Shown: positions 31,289 through 41,431 of the stretch, in pieces
Layout: the number at the start of each line of letters is the position of its first letter
Position numbering within the stretch: position 1 is the stretch's first letter
Origin: an uncultured Winogradskyella sp.
GTDB taxonomy: Bacteria; Bacteroidota; Bacteroidia; Flavobacteriales; Flavobacteriaceae
Direction: 5' to 3'
NCBI GenBank assembly: GCA_963966315.1
Contig: CAWZYX010000002.1
Span: 36,295 to 100,294 of the forward strand
Length of the DNA: 64,000 nt
Program-made: the position numbers and the translations under genes
Notes under the pieces: model-generated
The model's input: only the letters and a program-made list of their open reading frames with translations
Database searches by the model: none
Told to the model about the DNA's origin: nothing

Positions 31289-32713
31289 ATGAAAATAACA
31301 CTTTTTTTACTACAAGGAGCGCTAGAAGGGATTGGAACAACAATGACTATCTTATTTGTAGCACTCTTTATTCTACTCACCTTATTCATTTTGATTAAAC
31401 GCTATAAACGTTGTCCCTCAGACCGTATTCTGGTAGTTTACGGAAAGGTTGGTGGTGGTCAATCTGCTAAATGTATTCACGGTGGGGCTGCATTCATTAT
31501 TCCAGTGATACAGGACTATGAATATCTGGATTTAACACCAATTTCTATAGAGGTAAATCTGGTGAATGCCTTATCTAAGCAAAATATCAGGGTGAATGTA
31601 CCCTCCCGCTTTACGATTGGGGTTTCTACAGAACCTGGTGTGATGCAAAATGCTGCAGAGCGTCTTTTAGGCCTAGGTTTGCAGGATATTCAGGAATTAG
31701 CCAAGGAAATTATTTTTGGACAATTGCGTCTGGTGGTTGCTTCCATGGATATTGAAGAAATCAACTCAGATCGCGACAAATTTCTCACTAACATCTCACA
31801 ATCCGTTGAGTCCGAATTAAAAAAGGTGGGGCTTAAACTCATTAACGTAAACATAACAGATATCGTTGATGAATCTGGCTACATAGAAGCACTGAGCAAG
31901 GAAGCCGCTGCGCACGCGATTAACGCAGCCCGTAAATCAGTTGCAGAAAAAAACAGAGATGGTGCTATTGGTGAGGCCAATGCGGTTCAGGATGAAAAAA
32001 CACAGGTTGCTGCTGCAAATGCCAAAGCTGTAGAAGGGGAGAATACAGCGAAAATTTCTGTTGCTAATTCAGATTCCCTTCGACGCCAAAGAGAAGCTGA
32101 AGCCGAAAGAGTAGCAATTGCTGCAGAAAAAGTCCAGTCGGCTAAAGCACTTGAAGAATCTTATGCTGCAGAGCAACAGGCAGAAGTGGCTAGAGCCGAG
32201 CGTGAACGTTCATCTCAAATGGCAGATGTTATTGTTCCTGCTGAAATTGATAAAAAGAAAGTTGAAATCGACGCTGAAGCCGAGGCGGAGCGTATTAGAC
32301 GGCGTGCAAAAGGTGAAGCAGACGCCATTCTATTCAAAGCACAGGCTGAAGCAAAAGGGCTGTATGAGGTATTGACAAAACAAGCTGCAGGTTTAGATGA
32401 AATTGTTAAGGCAGCTGGAAATAACTCTAAAGATGCGGTTCTATTACTTATTGCCGATAAATTGCCTGAATTAGTAAAAACCCAGGCCGAAGCTATTAAA
32501 AACATAAAGATTGATAAGGTTACCGTATGGGAAAATGGTGGTAATAAAGATGGTAAATCTTCCACCTCTAATTTCATTTCTGGCATGTACAAAGCAGTTC
32601 CACCGTTACAGGAAATGTTCAACATGGCCGGTATGGATTTGCCTGAGTACTTAAAAGGCAAAGACAAACCACCAACTGTTGACGATGACGAATCTGCAAT
32701 GACAAATAGTTGA
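31289..32713 (+). CDS. Flotillin-family SPFH/Band-7 protein (YqiK/FloT-like)
   Basis: 474 aa. N-terminal TM segment and SPFH domain. A long Ala/Glu-rich coiled-coil region (EAEAERVAIAAEKVQSAKALEESYAAEQQAEVARAERE) is typical of flotillins. An alternative start at the M of MTILFVALF (31343) is possible. Confidence 0.85.
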   Translation: MKITLFLLQGALEGIGTTMTILFVALFILLTLFILIKRYKRCPSDRILVVYGKVGGGQSAKCIHGGAAFIIPVIQDYEYLDLTPISIEVNLVNALSKQNIRVNVPSRFTIGVSTEPGVMQNAAERLLGLGLQDIQELAKEIIFGQLRLVVASMDIEEINSDRDKFLTNISQSVESELKKVGLKLINVNITDIVDESGYIEALSKEAAAHAINAARKSVAEKNRDGAIGEANAVQDEKTQVAAANAKAVEGENTAKISVANSDSLRRQREAEAERVAIAAEKVQSAKALEESYAAEQQAEVARAERERSSQMADVIVPAEIDKKKVEIDAEAEAERIRRRAKGEADAILFKAQAEAKGLYEVLTKQAAGLDEIVKAAGNNSKDAVLLLIADKLPELVKTQAEAIKNIKIDKVTVWENGGNKDGKSSTSNFISGMYKAVPPLQEMFNMAGMDLPEYLKGKDKPPTVDDDESAMTNS

Positions 32714-32723
32714 GACTTAATAA

Positions 32724-32752
32724 CTAAAAACCACTTTACAAGTGGTTTTTTA
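32724..32752 (+). terminator. Rho-independent terminator after the flotillin gene
   Basis: AAAAACCACTT-tac-AAGTGGTTTTTTATT. Confidence 0.75.
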
Positions 32753-32827
32753 TTGCCGTATCAATAATTTAACATTTTGGAAATTTTCCTGACGTTTTAT
32801 TAACTTTGGTATGTAAACTGATTCGAA

Positions 32828-33682
32828 TTGCAATTGAACCTACAGGAAATCCCGAGAGTGGAAACCCTCTCAAAGACTGACTTCATTAAGGATTATTTTA
32901 AACCTCAAAAACCGGTTGTTATCGAGCGGTTTATTGAAGACTGGCCGGCCTTCTCCAAATGGAACCTGAGTTATATGAAGGATGTGGCTGGCGACCAGAT
33001 CGTTCCACTCTATGATGACAGACCCGTTGACTATAAGGACGGGTTTAACGAGGCACACGCCACCATGAAAATGAGTGACTACATAGATCTTTTACAAAAA
33101 GAGCCTACGAGATATCGCATCTTTTTATGGAATATTCTTAAAGAGGTACCAGAACTTCAAAAGGATTTCAACTATCCTAACTTTGGGTTAAGGCTTATGA
33201 AAGGGCTCCCCATGCTCTTCTTTGGAGGGACCGATTCCTATACCTTTATGCACTACGACATTGACCTTGCCAATATTTTTCATTTTCATTTTGAAGGAAA
33301 AAAACAGTGTATTTTGTTTGATCAGGATCAAAACCCCCATTTGTATAAAATCCCCCATTCGCTAATTACGAGAGAGGATATTGATTTTTCAAGCCCAGAT
33401 TTTAAAAAATGGCCTGCACTAAAGAATGCAAAGGGCTGGATTTGCGATCTCAGTCATGGAGAGGTGCTCTACATGCCTGAAGGCTACTGGCACTACATGA
33501 GATATATTACTCCGGGTTTTTCGATGAGCTTAAGGGCCATCGCTCGCAACCCTAAAAATCTCGGAAAAGCACTGTACAATATCTTGATTATGCGTAATTT
33601 CGACAATCTGATGAGACGGCTGAGGGGGCAAAAATGGATCGACTGGAAAAACGAACAGGCCATTCTGCGCACCCAGGCATAA
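32828..33682 (+). CDS. Cupin-like / JmjC-domain (Cupin_8) protein
   Basis: 284 aa. FMHYDIDLANIFHFHFEGKKQCILF and the later ...HGEVLYMPEGYWHYM resemble the His-x-Asp...His iron-binding cupin/JmjC pattern. Confidence 0.5.
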   Translation: MQLNLQEIPRVETLSKTDFIKDYFKPQKPVVIERFIEDWPAFSKWNLSYMKDVAGDQIVPLYDDRPVDYKDGFNEAHATMKMSDYIDLLQKEPTRYRIFLWNILKEVPELQKDFNYPNFGLRLMKGLPMLFFGGTDSYTFMHYDIDLANIFHFHFEGKKQCILFDQDQNPHLYKIPHSLITREDIDFSSPDFKKWPALKNAKGWICDLSHGEVLYMPEGYWHYMRYITPGFSMSLRAIARNPKNLGKALYNILIMRNFDNLMRRLRGQKWIDWKNEQAILRTQA

Positions 33683-33697
33683 GGCCTTGCTGATTCC

Positions 33698-34177
33698 TTA
33701 CTCCTTGTTGAGCTTCTCATTGACAAGCTGATAAACAAGATGTGGTTCCCAACCGCGATAGAGCAAATAATCACAGATCTTTTTTTTACGCTTTAATGGG
33801 TGAGACTCACCAACAACAGCTATGCGTTTATCTGTTAATTCATCTAGCGTTTGAAGGTATACTTCTTCAGGTATCAAATCCATTGCCTTTTGGATGCTGT
33901 AACTTGAAATCTCTCTGAGCTTGAGTTCCCTTTTAAGGCGGGTCCTACCCCATTTCTTTATTCTAAACTTACCAAGGGCAAACTGTTCGGCAAAACGCTG
34001 TTCATTGAGGTAATTGTTTTCAATGAGGTGTACCAGAATGAGATCAATGGCCTCCGGTATCATCCGCATCTGCTTTAGTTTGTCACGCACTTCCTTATGG
34101 CAGCGTTCCTGATAGGCACAATAAGCTTCCATTCTAATCTTTGCTTCTTCTACAGAAAAGGATTGCCGATGAATCAT
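33698..34177 (-). CDS. recX: Regulatory protein RecX
   Basis: 159 aa. Three-helix-repeat protein with RecX-like composition (EAKIRMEAYCAYQERCHKEVRDKL...). There is no recA gene in the window. Confidence 0.7.
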   Translation of the reverse strand: MIHRQSFSVEEAKIRMEAYCAYQERCHKEVRDKLKQMRMIPEAIDLILVHLIENNYLNEQRFAEQFALGKFRIKKWGRTRLKRELKLREISSYSIQKAMDLIPEEVYLQTLDELTDKRIAVVGESHPLKRKKKICDYLLYRGWEPHLVYQLVNEKLNKE

Positions 34178-34267
34178 AAAGCAAATCTATTATAAATATT
34201 AGAATTTGTAATAATTTGAAAACCTGTTGTTTATGGAAATTTTTGTAACTTTTGTAAAGTAAAAATC

Positions 34268-37200
34268 ATGCTCATGTTTCGGATATTGTCTTGGCTACCC
34301 CTGGTAGGCCTCATGGCCGTATACACTCATGACAATTGCTCAAAACCATCCACCCCACAGTCCTTAATAAGCAAGAACTTCGAAAGTACTTCAGACCTTA
34401 ACGCCGCATCGCGTATTGACGAGGAAGCATTAGTCATTACAGAGATCATGTACAACTCGGATGGTGTTGACGATGAATGGGTTGAAATATGCAACACCTC
34501 TTCAGAGACCCAAGACATTAGCTCGTTTCAGATCATCAGTTCCACGGGATACTCATTTGTGTTTCCGACAGGGGCCTCGATATCAGGACTTGACTGTGTT
34601 ACCGTCTCTTTGGGCAGCGATGGGGATGGGCTTTATAACAATGCCGACGATGGAAATGGTAACTGTCTGTTTGAGCCGGATTTTGGTCTGGCACCAACTA
34701 CCGTAGAAACAAACCACTTGATTAATGGAAATGGCAGTATTAGCTTGCTCCAGTCTAATGGGGTGACTATTCTGGATGAAGTAGAGTACAGTAGTTCTGA
34801 TGGGGCTAATAACAATGGAAGCTCTCTACATGTTATTGATAGTTCTTTAGACAATTCAAATACCTCCTCTAACTGGCAAGAAGTAGATTTTGGCGGGTCA
34901 CCCGGAGTAAACAGCCTACTTCCTCTGTGCCTTCCTAATATTGTCGAGATCAACGTTGAAGGAAATGTCGGTAATTATCCGGACATTGAAGATGGTGATA
35001 ATACCCCTAATGGTTTGGACAATACCTTGTTCTCTGCCCAGTTTGTTGGGTCATCACAAAGGAAATCGTACAGGATTTCCAGCGAGGGTGCTATTGACGT
35101 CATGATTTCCAATATTAGTCTTTCGGGAGATACGGATAGCTTTAGCATCACTCAATCCCCTTCACTGACAGTTAGTTATGGCTCACCAGAAATTCTTGAG
35201 ATTGAATTTAATCCTGCTTCAGCTGGTACTAAAACCGCCTTAGTTGAAATTACAAACAATGATAGTGATGAAGGTTCATACACCTTTACCATAGAAGGAG
35301 AGGGAATTTGCCTTAATGAAAGTTATAGTTTCTCACCTTCGAGTGGGCCGCCGGGAACGATAGTCACAGTGACGGGAACAGACCTTAATTCTGCCTCAGC
35401 AACTTACAATGGCCTGCCAGTTTCAATAACCCATTCTTCTCATAATGAGCTGGAGCTGTTGATTCCTCAAAACGTGCAGAGTGGCCACATTACAATCACT
35501 AACGGAAGTGGCTGCAACAGTATCATTCCATTTACGGTCATCGGCACACAAGTTGGTGGCTGCGAAGGTGGCACAGCTTTATCTGAAATCTTTATTAGCG
35601 AGGTAACAGATGCTACCTATGGAAATCTATCCTTTATAGAGCTCTTCAATGCCACTGGAGGTATTGTGAATCTCGGTGACTATTCGTTACGGGTTTACCC
35701 CAATGGAAGCACAAGCACCTATTCTGAACAGTCCCTGGCGGGTTTTAGTATCGACCAAAACGGAACCTTTGTAATTGCCATAGGAACCAGCGGTGCGCTG
35801 TGCGAAGCCATTGAGGGAACATATCATCTTGAAAGCACTTCACTATTCGGGCTAAATACAGGGCCAGGAAGAGATGACTATATAGGATTGTATCGCGATG
35901 GTCATTTAATTGACGAGTGGGGTGTCTTTGGGAGTGATAACTGGGCCTCTTCCTCGATCATTACAGGAGACCGGGGCTTCAATTTCAGAAGATCAAAGCA
36001 GGTTAATTCTTTACCTGAGATCCCTTATAATCCAGACCATTGGACCATTATTGATTGGTTTGGTTCAGGAATTGAATCCTGTATCACTAATAATTATTCG
36101 GATCTTGGAACCCATGATTTTTCAACAGGGTCGCCGCCATTCATTAGCGTAGAAGCATTTTTACCTGAAACCCTATGTGATCGCTCACTCTCCCTAACTC
36201 TGGAAGCAGAAGAAGGCTTATTAAACGGAAAACCTCTTCGGTTTAAATGGTATGTTTTAGCACCGGATCATCTCAACTGGACTGAGGTGCCTGACAACGA
36301 ATTGTATGAGGGTGTAGAAAGTTCGAGCCTGCAGATTACCAATACCTATGATTTGGATGGATATCAGTATTTCTGTAAGGTCATGGAAGAAGATGAGTCC
36401 TGTTTTACAGCCTCAGAATCTGTTCGCCTTCGATTAAAACGCAGTTTCTGGAATGGTCACTCCTGGTCTAATGGCATCCCCGATGCACACACCATAGCTG
36501 TCATCTCTGCAGATTATTATACAGAAGAGGCATTAAGCTTCAACTCTTGCCAGTTGTTTGTAGACTCAAATGCGCACTTAAACATCGGACTGAATGATTA
36601 TGTAGAAGTCGAGCAAGACGTGGTCGCTTATGGCGAAATAAGTGTTGAAACCTCTGGTGCCTTAGTTCAAAAATCTTCTTCAGGAATCATTGAAAACTAT
36701 GGTCTAATGCAGGTAAATAAGACCACTTCGGTGCTGGAAACGATACATGATTATACCTACTGGAGTTCTCCGGTGAACAGTCCCCTGGTCGGTGAGGCTC
36801 TTGCTAATGCCAATCCCAACAGACGCTATTGGTTTGATGCTCGAAACTATCTCGACGAACATGGAGAGCTAAACAATGACAATTCTACCAGTCACCCTCC
36901 CGACGATGTTGATGACGATGGAAACGTCTGGACTTTGACCTCATCAAATGAATCAATGGTCAATGGATTTGGTTATGCGGCTACACACAGTACACAATCG
37001 TATACAGGCAGTGGCCAATATTCTTATTCATTTGTGGGAACATTTAATACTGGAACAATTGAGGTTGATGTGTATAGAAACGACCATAGCATGGAGGATA
37101 ACAACTGGAATTTACTAGGCAATCCTTATCCCTCAGCCGTGAATATTCAAGAGTTTTTCAATGAAAATGCCTATGCTTTTAATCCAACTTCAGGAGCTTT

Positions 37201-38212
37201 GGAAGGTGTACTTTACCTATGGTCCCAAAGCACTCCTCCAAATTCAACAAATAATGGAAATCAGAGCAGTAACTTCTCGCAAGACGACTATATAACGGTA
37301 AATGCCAGTGGGTCAGTCGCTGCGAACAGCAGTGGTGTCACCAACAATGGATACATTGCCTCCGGTCAGGGCTTCTTTACGGCCATGCATGATGAAGCCA
37401 CTGTCCTTGAAGATTATGGAGATGTAAAACGCTCAGAGGTAAGGTTTACCAATAGCATGCGTGACCGCGCCAATAACGATCAGTTCTTCCGATCAGGATC
37501 TGAGAATACTCACAATAAAATATGGCTGAATATCTCGGGAGAGGGAGGGTTGTTCTGCCAGATGCTGGTAAGTTATCTCCCTGGTGCAACCGCAGCCTTT
37601 GATGGCGCCATTTATGATGCCCAACGTACAGCTTTGTCATCAAAGCCCTCTTTACTGTATTCGCTCATCGATAACCTCCAACAGCGTTTCGTCATTCAAG
37701 GAAAAGCTGAAAGTGACCTTCACCTCAACGAAACCATTGAACTGGGATTTGAAACAGTTCTGGACTCTGCTATGATTTACTCCATAAGTATAGGAGAGAC
37801 TGAAGGTGATTTTTTCAATACTCATCCTGTTTACCTTTTCGATGCCTATATGAACGAGTTGCACGATCTGCGCGAATCCAACTATCACTTTACCAGTGAA
37901 GCAGGCGTATTCTTAGACCGGTTCAGTATTTCGTTTTTACAAGGTGCCTTGTCTGTGAACGAACAACAAGGACATGAGAAGCAGCTCAGTATCTATTTTG
38001 ATCATAAAAAAGATGTTTACTTTAATCTCTCTGCATCATCACCTATGGAGAAAATCCAAATCTATAGTTTAACAGGACAACTGATATACAATTTGTCCTC
38101 TTCGGGTTTTTCGGCAGTTCATCAATTACCCTTGTTATCGACTGGTCCTTTTATTGTGCGTGTCACTCTCAAAAATGGCGGGACCCTCATACGTAAAGCT
38201 CTTAAGCCATAG
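34268..38212 (+). CDS. Large secreted lamin-tail-domain (LTD) protein with T9SS C-terminal sorting domain
   Basis: 1314 aa. Signal peptide. Two LTD-like segments (LVITEIMYNSDGVDDEWVEICNTS and LSEIFISEVTDATYGNLSFIELFNATGG). IPT/TIG-like region. C-terminal about 80 aa resemble a type-A T9SS CTD (KIQIYSLTGQLIYNLSSSGFSAVHQLPLLSTGPFIVRVTLKNGG). Confidence 0.7.
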   Translation: MLMFRILSWLPLVGLMAVYTHDNCSKPSTPQSLISKNFESTSDLNAASRIDEEALVITEIMYNSDGVDDEWVEICNTSSETQDISSFQIISSTGYSFVFPTGASISGLDCVTVSLGSDGDGLYNNADDGNGNCLFEPDFGLAPTTVETNHLINGNGSISLLQSNGVTILDEVEYSSSDGANNNGSSLHVIDSSLDNSNTSSNWQEVDFGGSPGVNSLLPLCLPNIVEINVEGNVGNYPDIEDGDNTPNGLDNTLFSAQFVGSSQRKSYRISSEGAIDVMISNISLSGDTDSFSITQSPSLTVSYGSPEILEIEFNPASAGTKTALVEITNNDSDEGSYTFTIEGEGICLNESYSFSPSSGPPGTIVTVTGTDLNSASATYNGLPVSITHSSHNELELLIPQNVQSGHITITNGSGCNSIIPFTVIGTQVGGCEGGTALSEIFISEVTDATYGNLSFIELFNATGGIVNLGDYSLRVYPNGSTSTYSEQSLAGFSIDQNGTFVIAIGTSGALCEAIEGTYHLESTSLFGLNTGPGRDDYIGLYRDGHLIDEWGVFGSDNWASSSIITGDRGFNFRRSKQVNSLPEIPYNPDHWTIIDWFGSGIESCITNNYSDLGTHDFSTGSPPFISVEAFLPETLCDRSLSLTLEAEEGLLNGKPLRFKWYVLAPDHLNWTEVPDNELYEGVESSSLQITNTYDLDGYQYFCKVMEEDESCFTASESVRLRLKRSFWNGHSWSNGIPDAHTIAVISADYYTEEALSFNSCQLFVDSNAHLNIGLNDYVEVEQDVVAYGEISVETSGALVQKSSSGIIENYGLMQVNKTTSVLETIHDYTYWSSPVNSPLVGEALANANPNRRYWFDARNYLDEHGELNNDNSTSHPPDDVDDDGNVWTLTSSNESMVNGFGYAATHSTQSYTGSGQYSYSFVGTFNTGTIEVDVYRNDHSMEDNNWNLLGNPYPSAVNIQEFFNENAYAFNPTSGALEGVLYLWSQSTPPNSTNNGNQSSNFSQDDYITVNASGSVAANSSGVTNNGYIASGQGFFTAMHDEATVLEDYGDVKRSEVRFTNSMRDRANNDQFFRSGSENTHNKIWLNISGEGGLFCQMLVSYLPGATAAFDGAIYDAQRTALSSKPSLLYSLIDNLQQRFVIQGKAESDLHLNETIELGFETVLDSAMIYSISIGETEGDFFNTHPVYLFDAYMNELHDLRESNYHFTSEAGVFLDRFSISFLQGALSVNEQQGHEKQLSIYFDHKKDVYFNLSASSPMEKIQIYSLTGQLIYNLSSSGFSAVHQLPLLSTGPFIVRVTLKNGGTLIRKALKP

Positions 38213-38214
38213 CC

Positions 38215-40683
38215 TCAGATCTGATACCGTAAGGACAATATGAAATTGGTGCCGGGTCCGGCTATCCCCGAGGAATAGGGTCTATAGCGCTGATCCGTGA
38301 TGTTCTCCAAACTAGCAGTTATCAAAACGTACTGATTCAACTGATAGCTGGACCTAAAATTTAAGGTATACCAGGAGGGTGAATACGGGTTTCCATTATC
38401 GTCCTTCGCATAGATGAATGGCTTGGACCGTTCAGAGGGTGCCAGCTCATCAAATGAAAGTTCAGTATTATAAACCGCATAAAAATCTAGCTCAAGAAGC
38501 TTTTCTTTCCAAATTATATGAGTACGCCCAAAGTTTGGTGCTACATGTCTGATTGGGACTTCCACTCCAAGTTCATCTTCTTCCACACCATCTATGATAT
38601 TGTATTGAGTGAGCAGGCTTAATCGATCTGATGCTTTTAGCACAGCACCTATTTCAAATCCGTATAACCAGGCTTTAGAAGCATTTTGAATGGCCTGAAC
38701 CTGACTCAATTCCCCATCATAGAAAATTTCATCCTCTCCGTTTAAGGTAAAATTCCGCCGCACGAGAGCGTTGTCCAGAAAAGTGTAGTATGCGCCACAA
38801 TCCAGAACCAATCGCTCTGAAAAGTTTAACTTAAGTCCAATGTCTGCCCCGTAGGCGTACTCGGCCTGCAGGCCATTATTAGGAACTACCACCGACCCCG
38901 GTTCAGAATTAAAAACCTTTCCTATATCATCTATATTTGGAGCCCTAAACGCTGTTGAAAAATTAAGCTGCCACTGCATGAGATCACTGGGAAACCAGCT
39001 CAATCCAGCTGAACCTGTGAGTGCCCCTGTATTGAGATTGGTCTTCTCAAATGGTAAGTTGAGAAATTCATTGTTAGCTTCAAAACTCGCTTTGGATAAG
39101 ACCTGATTATATCTTAAGCCGCCCTGAATAACCAAATCGGGACCAGGTTTATATTTGAGACTAGTATATGCGGCCAATGATTGCCACCGGGAAGCATCCG
39201 GGTATCTTGTAACAGTAGGTTCAGCCTCCATACTATTGATATTGAGATTATAGGCATCAGATCCAATAGCGTTGAAAATGTACTCCAAACCGTAAAAAAG
39301 ATTGGTTTTGGAACTTAGTCGCTTTTCCAAATCCAGATTCAGGGAAATGGCATCCACCATTTCTGATCGTACCCTCCGGATCTCGGATTGAAAATCACGG
39401 TCTTGCCTACTCTCTTTAAAATTCTGATAGGCAACAGTAGCCTGCAACTGGTCGTAAAATGTATTTCTTTTAGAAGATTTCGTGAGTTGTGAGTTGGCCA
39501 TAAACCATTTTTGCGGTCCGTAGTTCCATTCCGCGGAGACAAAATCTCCATTGCTCCTTGTTCTCAATAGGCGGTCGTATCTAGGGAAATCAGACGTAGC
39601 TGTATAATAGAGACCCATATCTAGTTTCAAATCATCCGAGGGTTCAAATCGTACCCTTTGCATCAGATTTATTTGCTCGTAGCCCGTGGGCACTTGTACT
39701 TCCGAATCGGAATTGTCAACCACTACATCCATTCCATTTTCGCGCACCACATATTGGTTCCTCAAATAGTCTGTGGGGCCGTTGGATCCCATTTTAAGAT
39801 CGTCGAAATCTGACAGGCTTATGCTGGTATAAAACGCCCAATTCTTCAATCCAAAATTGAGGTCGACATGTCCTGTAAACTCATTATTTGCTGAAGAATA
39901 ACGTAGTGCAGCATTAGATTTGAAGTACAGTTCGTCTTTGTAGGATAGCTGTGGCTGACGTGTATAAAAGCTCATGACACCACCAATGGCATCACTACCG
40001 TAGACAACCGAGCCAGCACCCAAAGTGATCTCCGTTTTTTGAACTGAAAAAGGATCAATGGAAATGACGTTCTGTAGATTTCCTCCTCTAAAAATGGCAT
40101 TATTCATTCTTACTCCATCCACAGTGATGAGCAACCTGTTTGTAGAAAACCCCCTGATCATAGGACTGCCACCTCCAAGCTGACTTTTTTGGATGAAGAC
40201 GTTTCCTGAATTTTCCAGCAAATCTGCGCTCGTCTGAGGATTTGCAAATGCGATGGCCTCAGCAGCTATCGTAACAATCTTCTGGGGAACATCTCTTTTT
40301 TCCTGTTTGAACTTTGAAGCTGAGATCACAATCTGATTTAAATCTTCGATATTGCCCTTTAATTCAACTAAATAATTTAGAGCCGCTAACTCAGATTTGA
40401 CTATTGCTTTTTTCCTATAGAGGAAGTTTTGAAAATAAAGGATCTCATCGTCTATAAAATCTGATATATCCGCAACTCCATTATCGTCAGTAAAGACATA
40501 CTTTCCCTTGTCTGCATTAAAAATAGCCACTCCAGCGATCGGTCTGCCACTGCTCTCCTCAACTACCGATACCGTCTGTGCATTTGAAACAACGCCCAGC
40601 AATAGAAGTAGTCCTGATAACACCTGCCTGGCCGCTCGCCCTTTGATATTAAAACTTATTGTCACAAAAATACGCTTGTTCAA
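38215..40683 (-). CDS. TonB-dependent outer-membrane receptor with CarbopepD_reg-like N-domain
   Basis: 822 aa. Signal peptide, a regulatory-like domain (TVSVVEESSGRPIAGVAIFNADKGKYVFTDDNGVADI), a plug, and a large barrel. Confidence 0.8.
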   Translation of the reverse strand: MNKRIFVTISFNIKGRAARQVLSGLLLLLGVVSNAQTVSVVEESSGRPIAGVAIFNADKGKYVFTDDNGVADISDFIDDEILYFQNFLYRKKAIVKSELAALNYLVELKGNIEDLNQIVISASKFKQEKRDVPQKIVTIAAEAIAFANPQTSADLLENSGNVFIQKSQLGGGSPMIRGFSTNRLLITVDGVRMNNAIFRGGNLQNVISIDPFSVQKTEITLGAGSVVYGSDAIGGVMSFYTRQPQLSYKDELYFKSNAALRYSSANNEFTGHVDLNFGLKNWAFYTSISLSDFDDLKMGSNGPTDYLRNQYVVRENGMDVVVDNSDSEVQVPTGYEQINLMQRVRFEPSDDLKLDMGLYYTATSDFPRYDRLLRTRSNGDFVSAEWNYGPQKWFMANSQLTKSSKRNTFYDQLQATVAYQNFKESRQDRDFQSEIRRVRSEMVDAISLNLDLEKRLSSKTNLFYGLEYIFNAIGSDAYNLNINSMEAEPTVTRYPDASRWQSLAAYTSLKYKPGPDLVIQGGLRYNQVLSKASFEANNEFLNLPFEKTNLNTGALTGSAGLSWFPSDLMQWQLNFSTAFRAPNIDDIGKVFNSEPGSVVVPNNGLQAEYAYGADIGLKLNFSERLVLDCGAYYTFLDNALVRRNFTLNGEDEIFYDGELSQVQAIQNASKAWLYGFEIGAVLKASDRLSLLTQYNIIDGVEEDELGVEVPIRHVAPNFGRTHIIWKEKLLELDFYAVYNTELSFDELAPSERSKPFIYAKDDNGNPYSPSWYTLNFRSSYQLNQYVLITASLENITDQRYRPYSSGIAGPGTNFILSLRYQI

Positions 40684-40707
40684 AATCTAATGAGATCGCT
40701 CCTCTGC

Positions 40708-41427
40708 TTAATGGAAAACGTCATTAAAAACCTGAAGTGATTTCGGTTTCTTAAATCCCCCCAAATGTAATTCAAAATACAACAATAAGGTCTTTAAAAA
40801 TTCCCTTCTCTGCAATGCATTAAGCTTCACCGTGTTCACACTTTCAAAATCGAGGCGCATCAGATGAGAGAACAGTTCTTTTTGCATCCCATCCACTGCA
40901 TACATCGATGTTTTCTCATTTTCAAAGGTCCCGGACTCCAAATTAAAAAAGCTTTTGTTTTGGGCGGTTGTTTCTGGATAAAACCCCAGGTATTTAGTCA
41001 GTCTTAACAAAAACATCAGGTGAAAATTTGAAAACTGTTGCTGGGTATCCAGGAATTGGCATGCTGCCTCTAAGAATTCAAAAAGAGGTGTATTGGGTTC
41101 CTCTTCCCGAAGCACATTTGCAAGAATTTCTGCTAAAAAAACCGACAGTGAGGCTTTGTAAATATTTGTATGTAAAGATTTATAAGGGTAGTAACATTTA
41201 ATATCCTTGAGGTATTGTAAGGACCTGTTGACCTGGTAATTTTCATCCAGTTCCAGTTGAGATAAAGGTTGAAAATAAACAGCTCTTATCCTGGATTTCT
41301 GTGTTTTTAAAATACCCTTTTGTAAATAACTCACCACTCCCCGGTGGTTAGTGTAGCACTTGACAATCAGGTCATTTTCCTTATATCTCAAAGAAGAAAG
41401 TACGATGGCCTTACCTTTATTATGCAT
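40708..41427 (-). CDS. recO: DNA repair protein RecO
   Basis: 239 aa. N-terminal OB-fold start (KGKAIVLSSLRYKENDLIVKCYTNHRGVVSYLQKG). Length and layout match RecO. Confidence 0.7.
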   Translation of the reverse strand: MHNKGKAIVLSSLRYKENDLIVKCYTNHRGVVSYLQKGILKTQKSRIRAVYFQPLSQLELDENYQVNRSLQYLKDIKCYYPYKSLHTNIYKASLSVFLAEILANVLREEEPNTPLFEFLEAACQFLDTQQQFSNFHLMFLLRLTKYLGFYPETTAQNKSFFNLESGTFENEKTSMYAVDGMQKELFSHLMRLDFESVNTVKLNALQRREFLKTLLLYFELHLGGFKKPKSLQVFNDVFH

Positions 41428-41431
41428 GGTT

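Noticed and set aside
33493-33774. 93-aa minus-strand ORF spanning the cupin/recX junction
   Set aside because: It overlaps two well-supported convergent genes.
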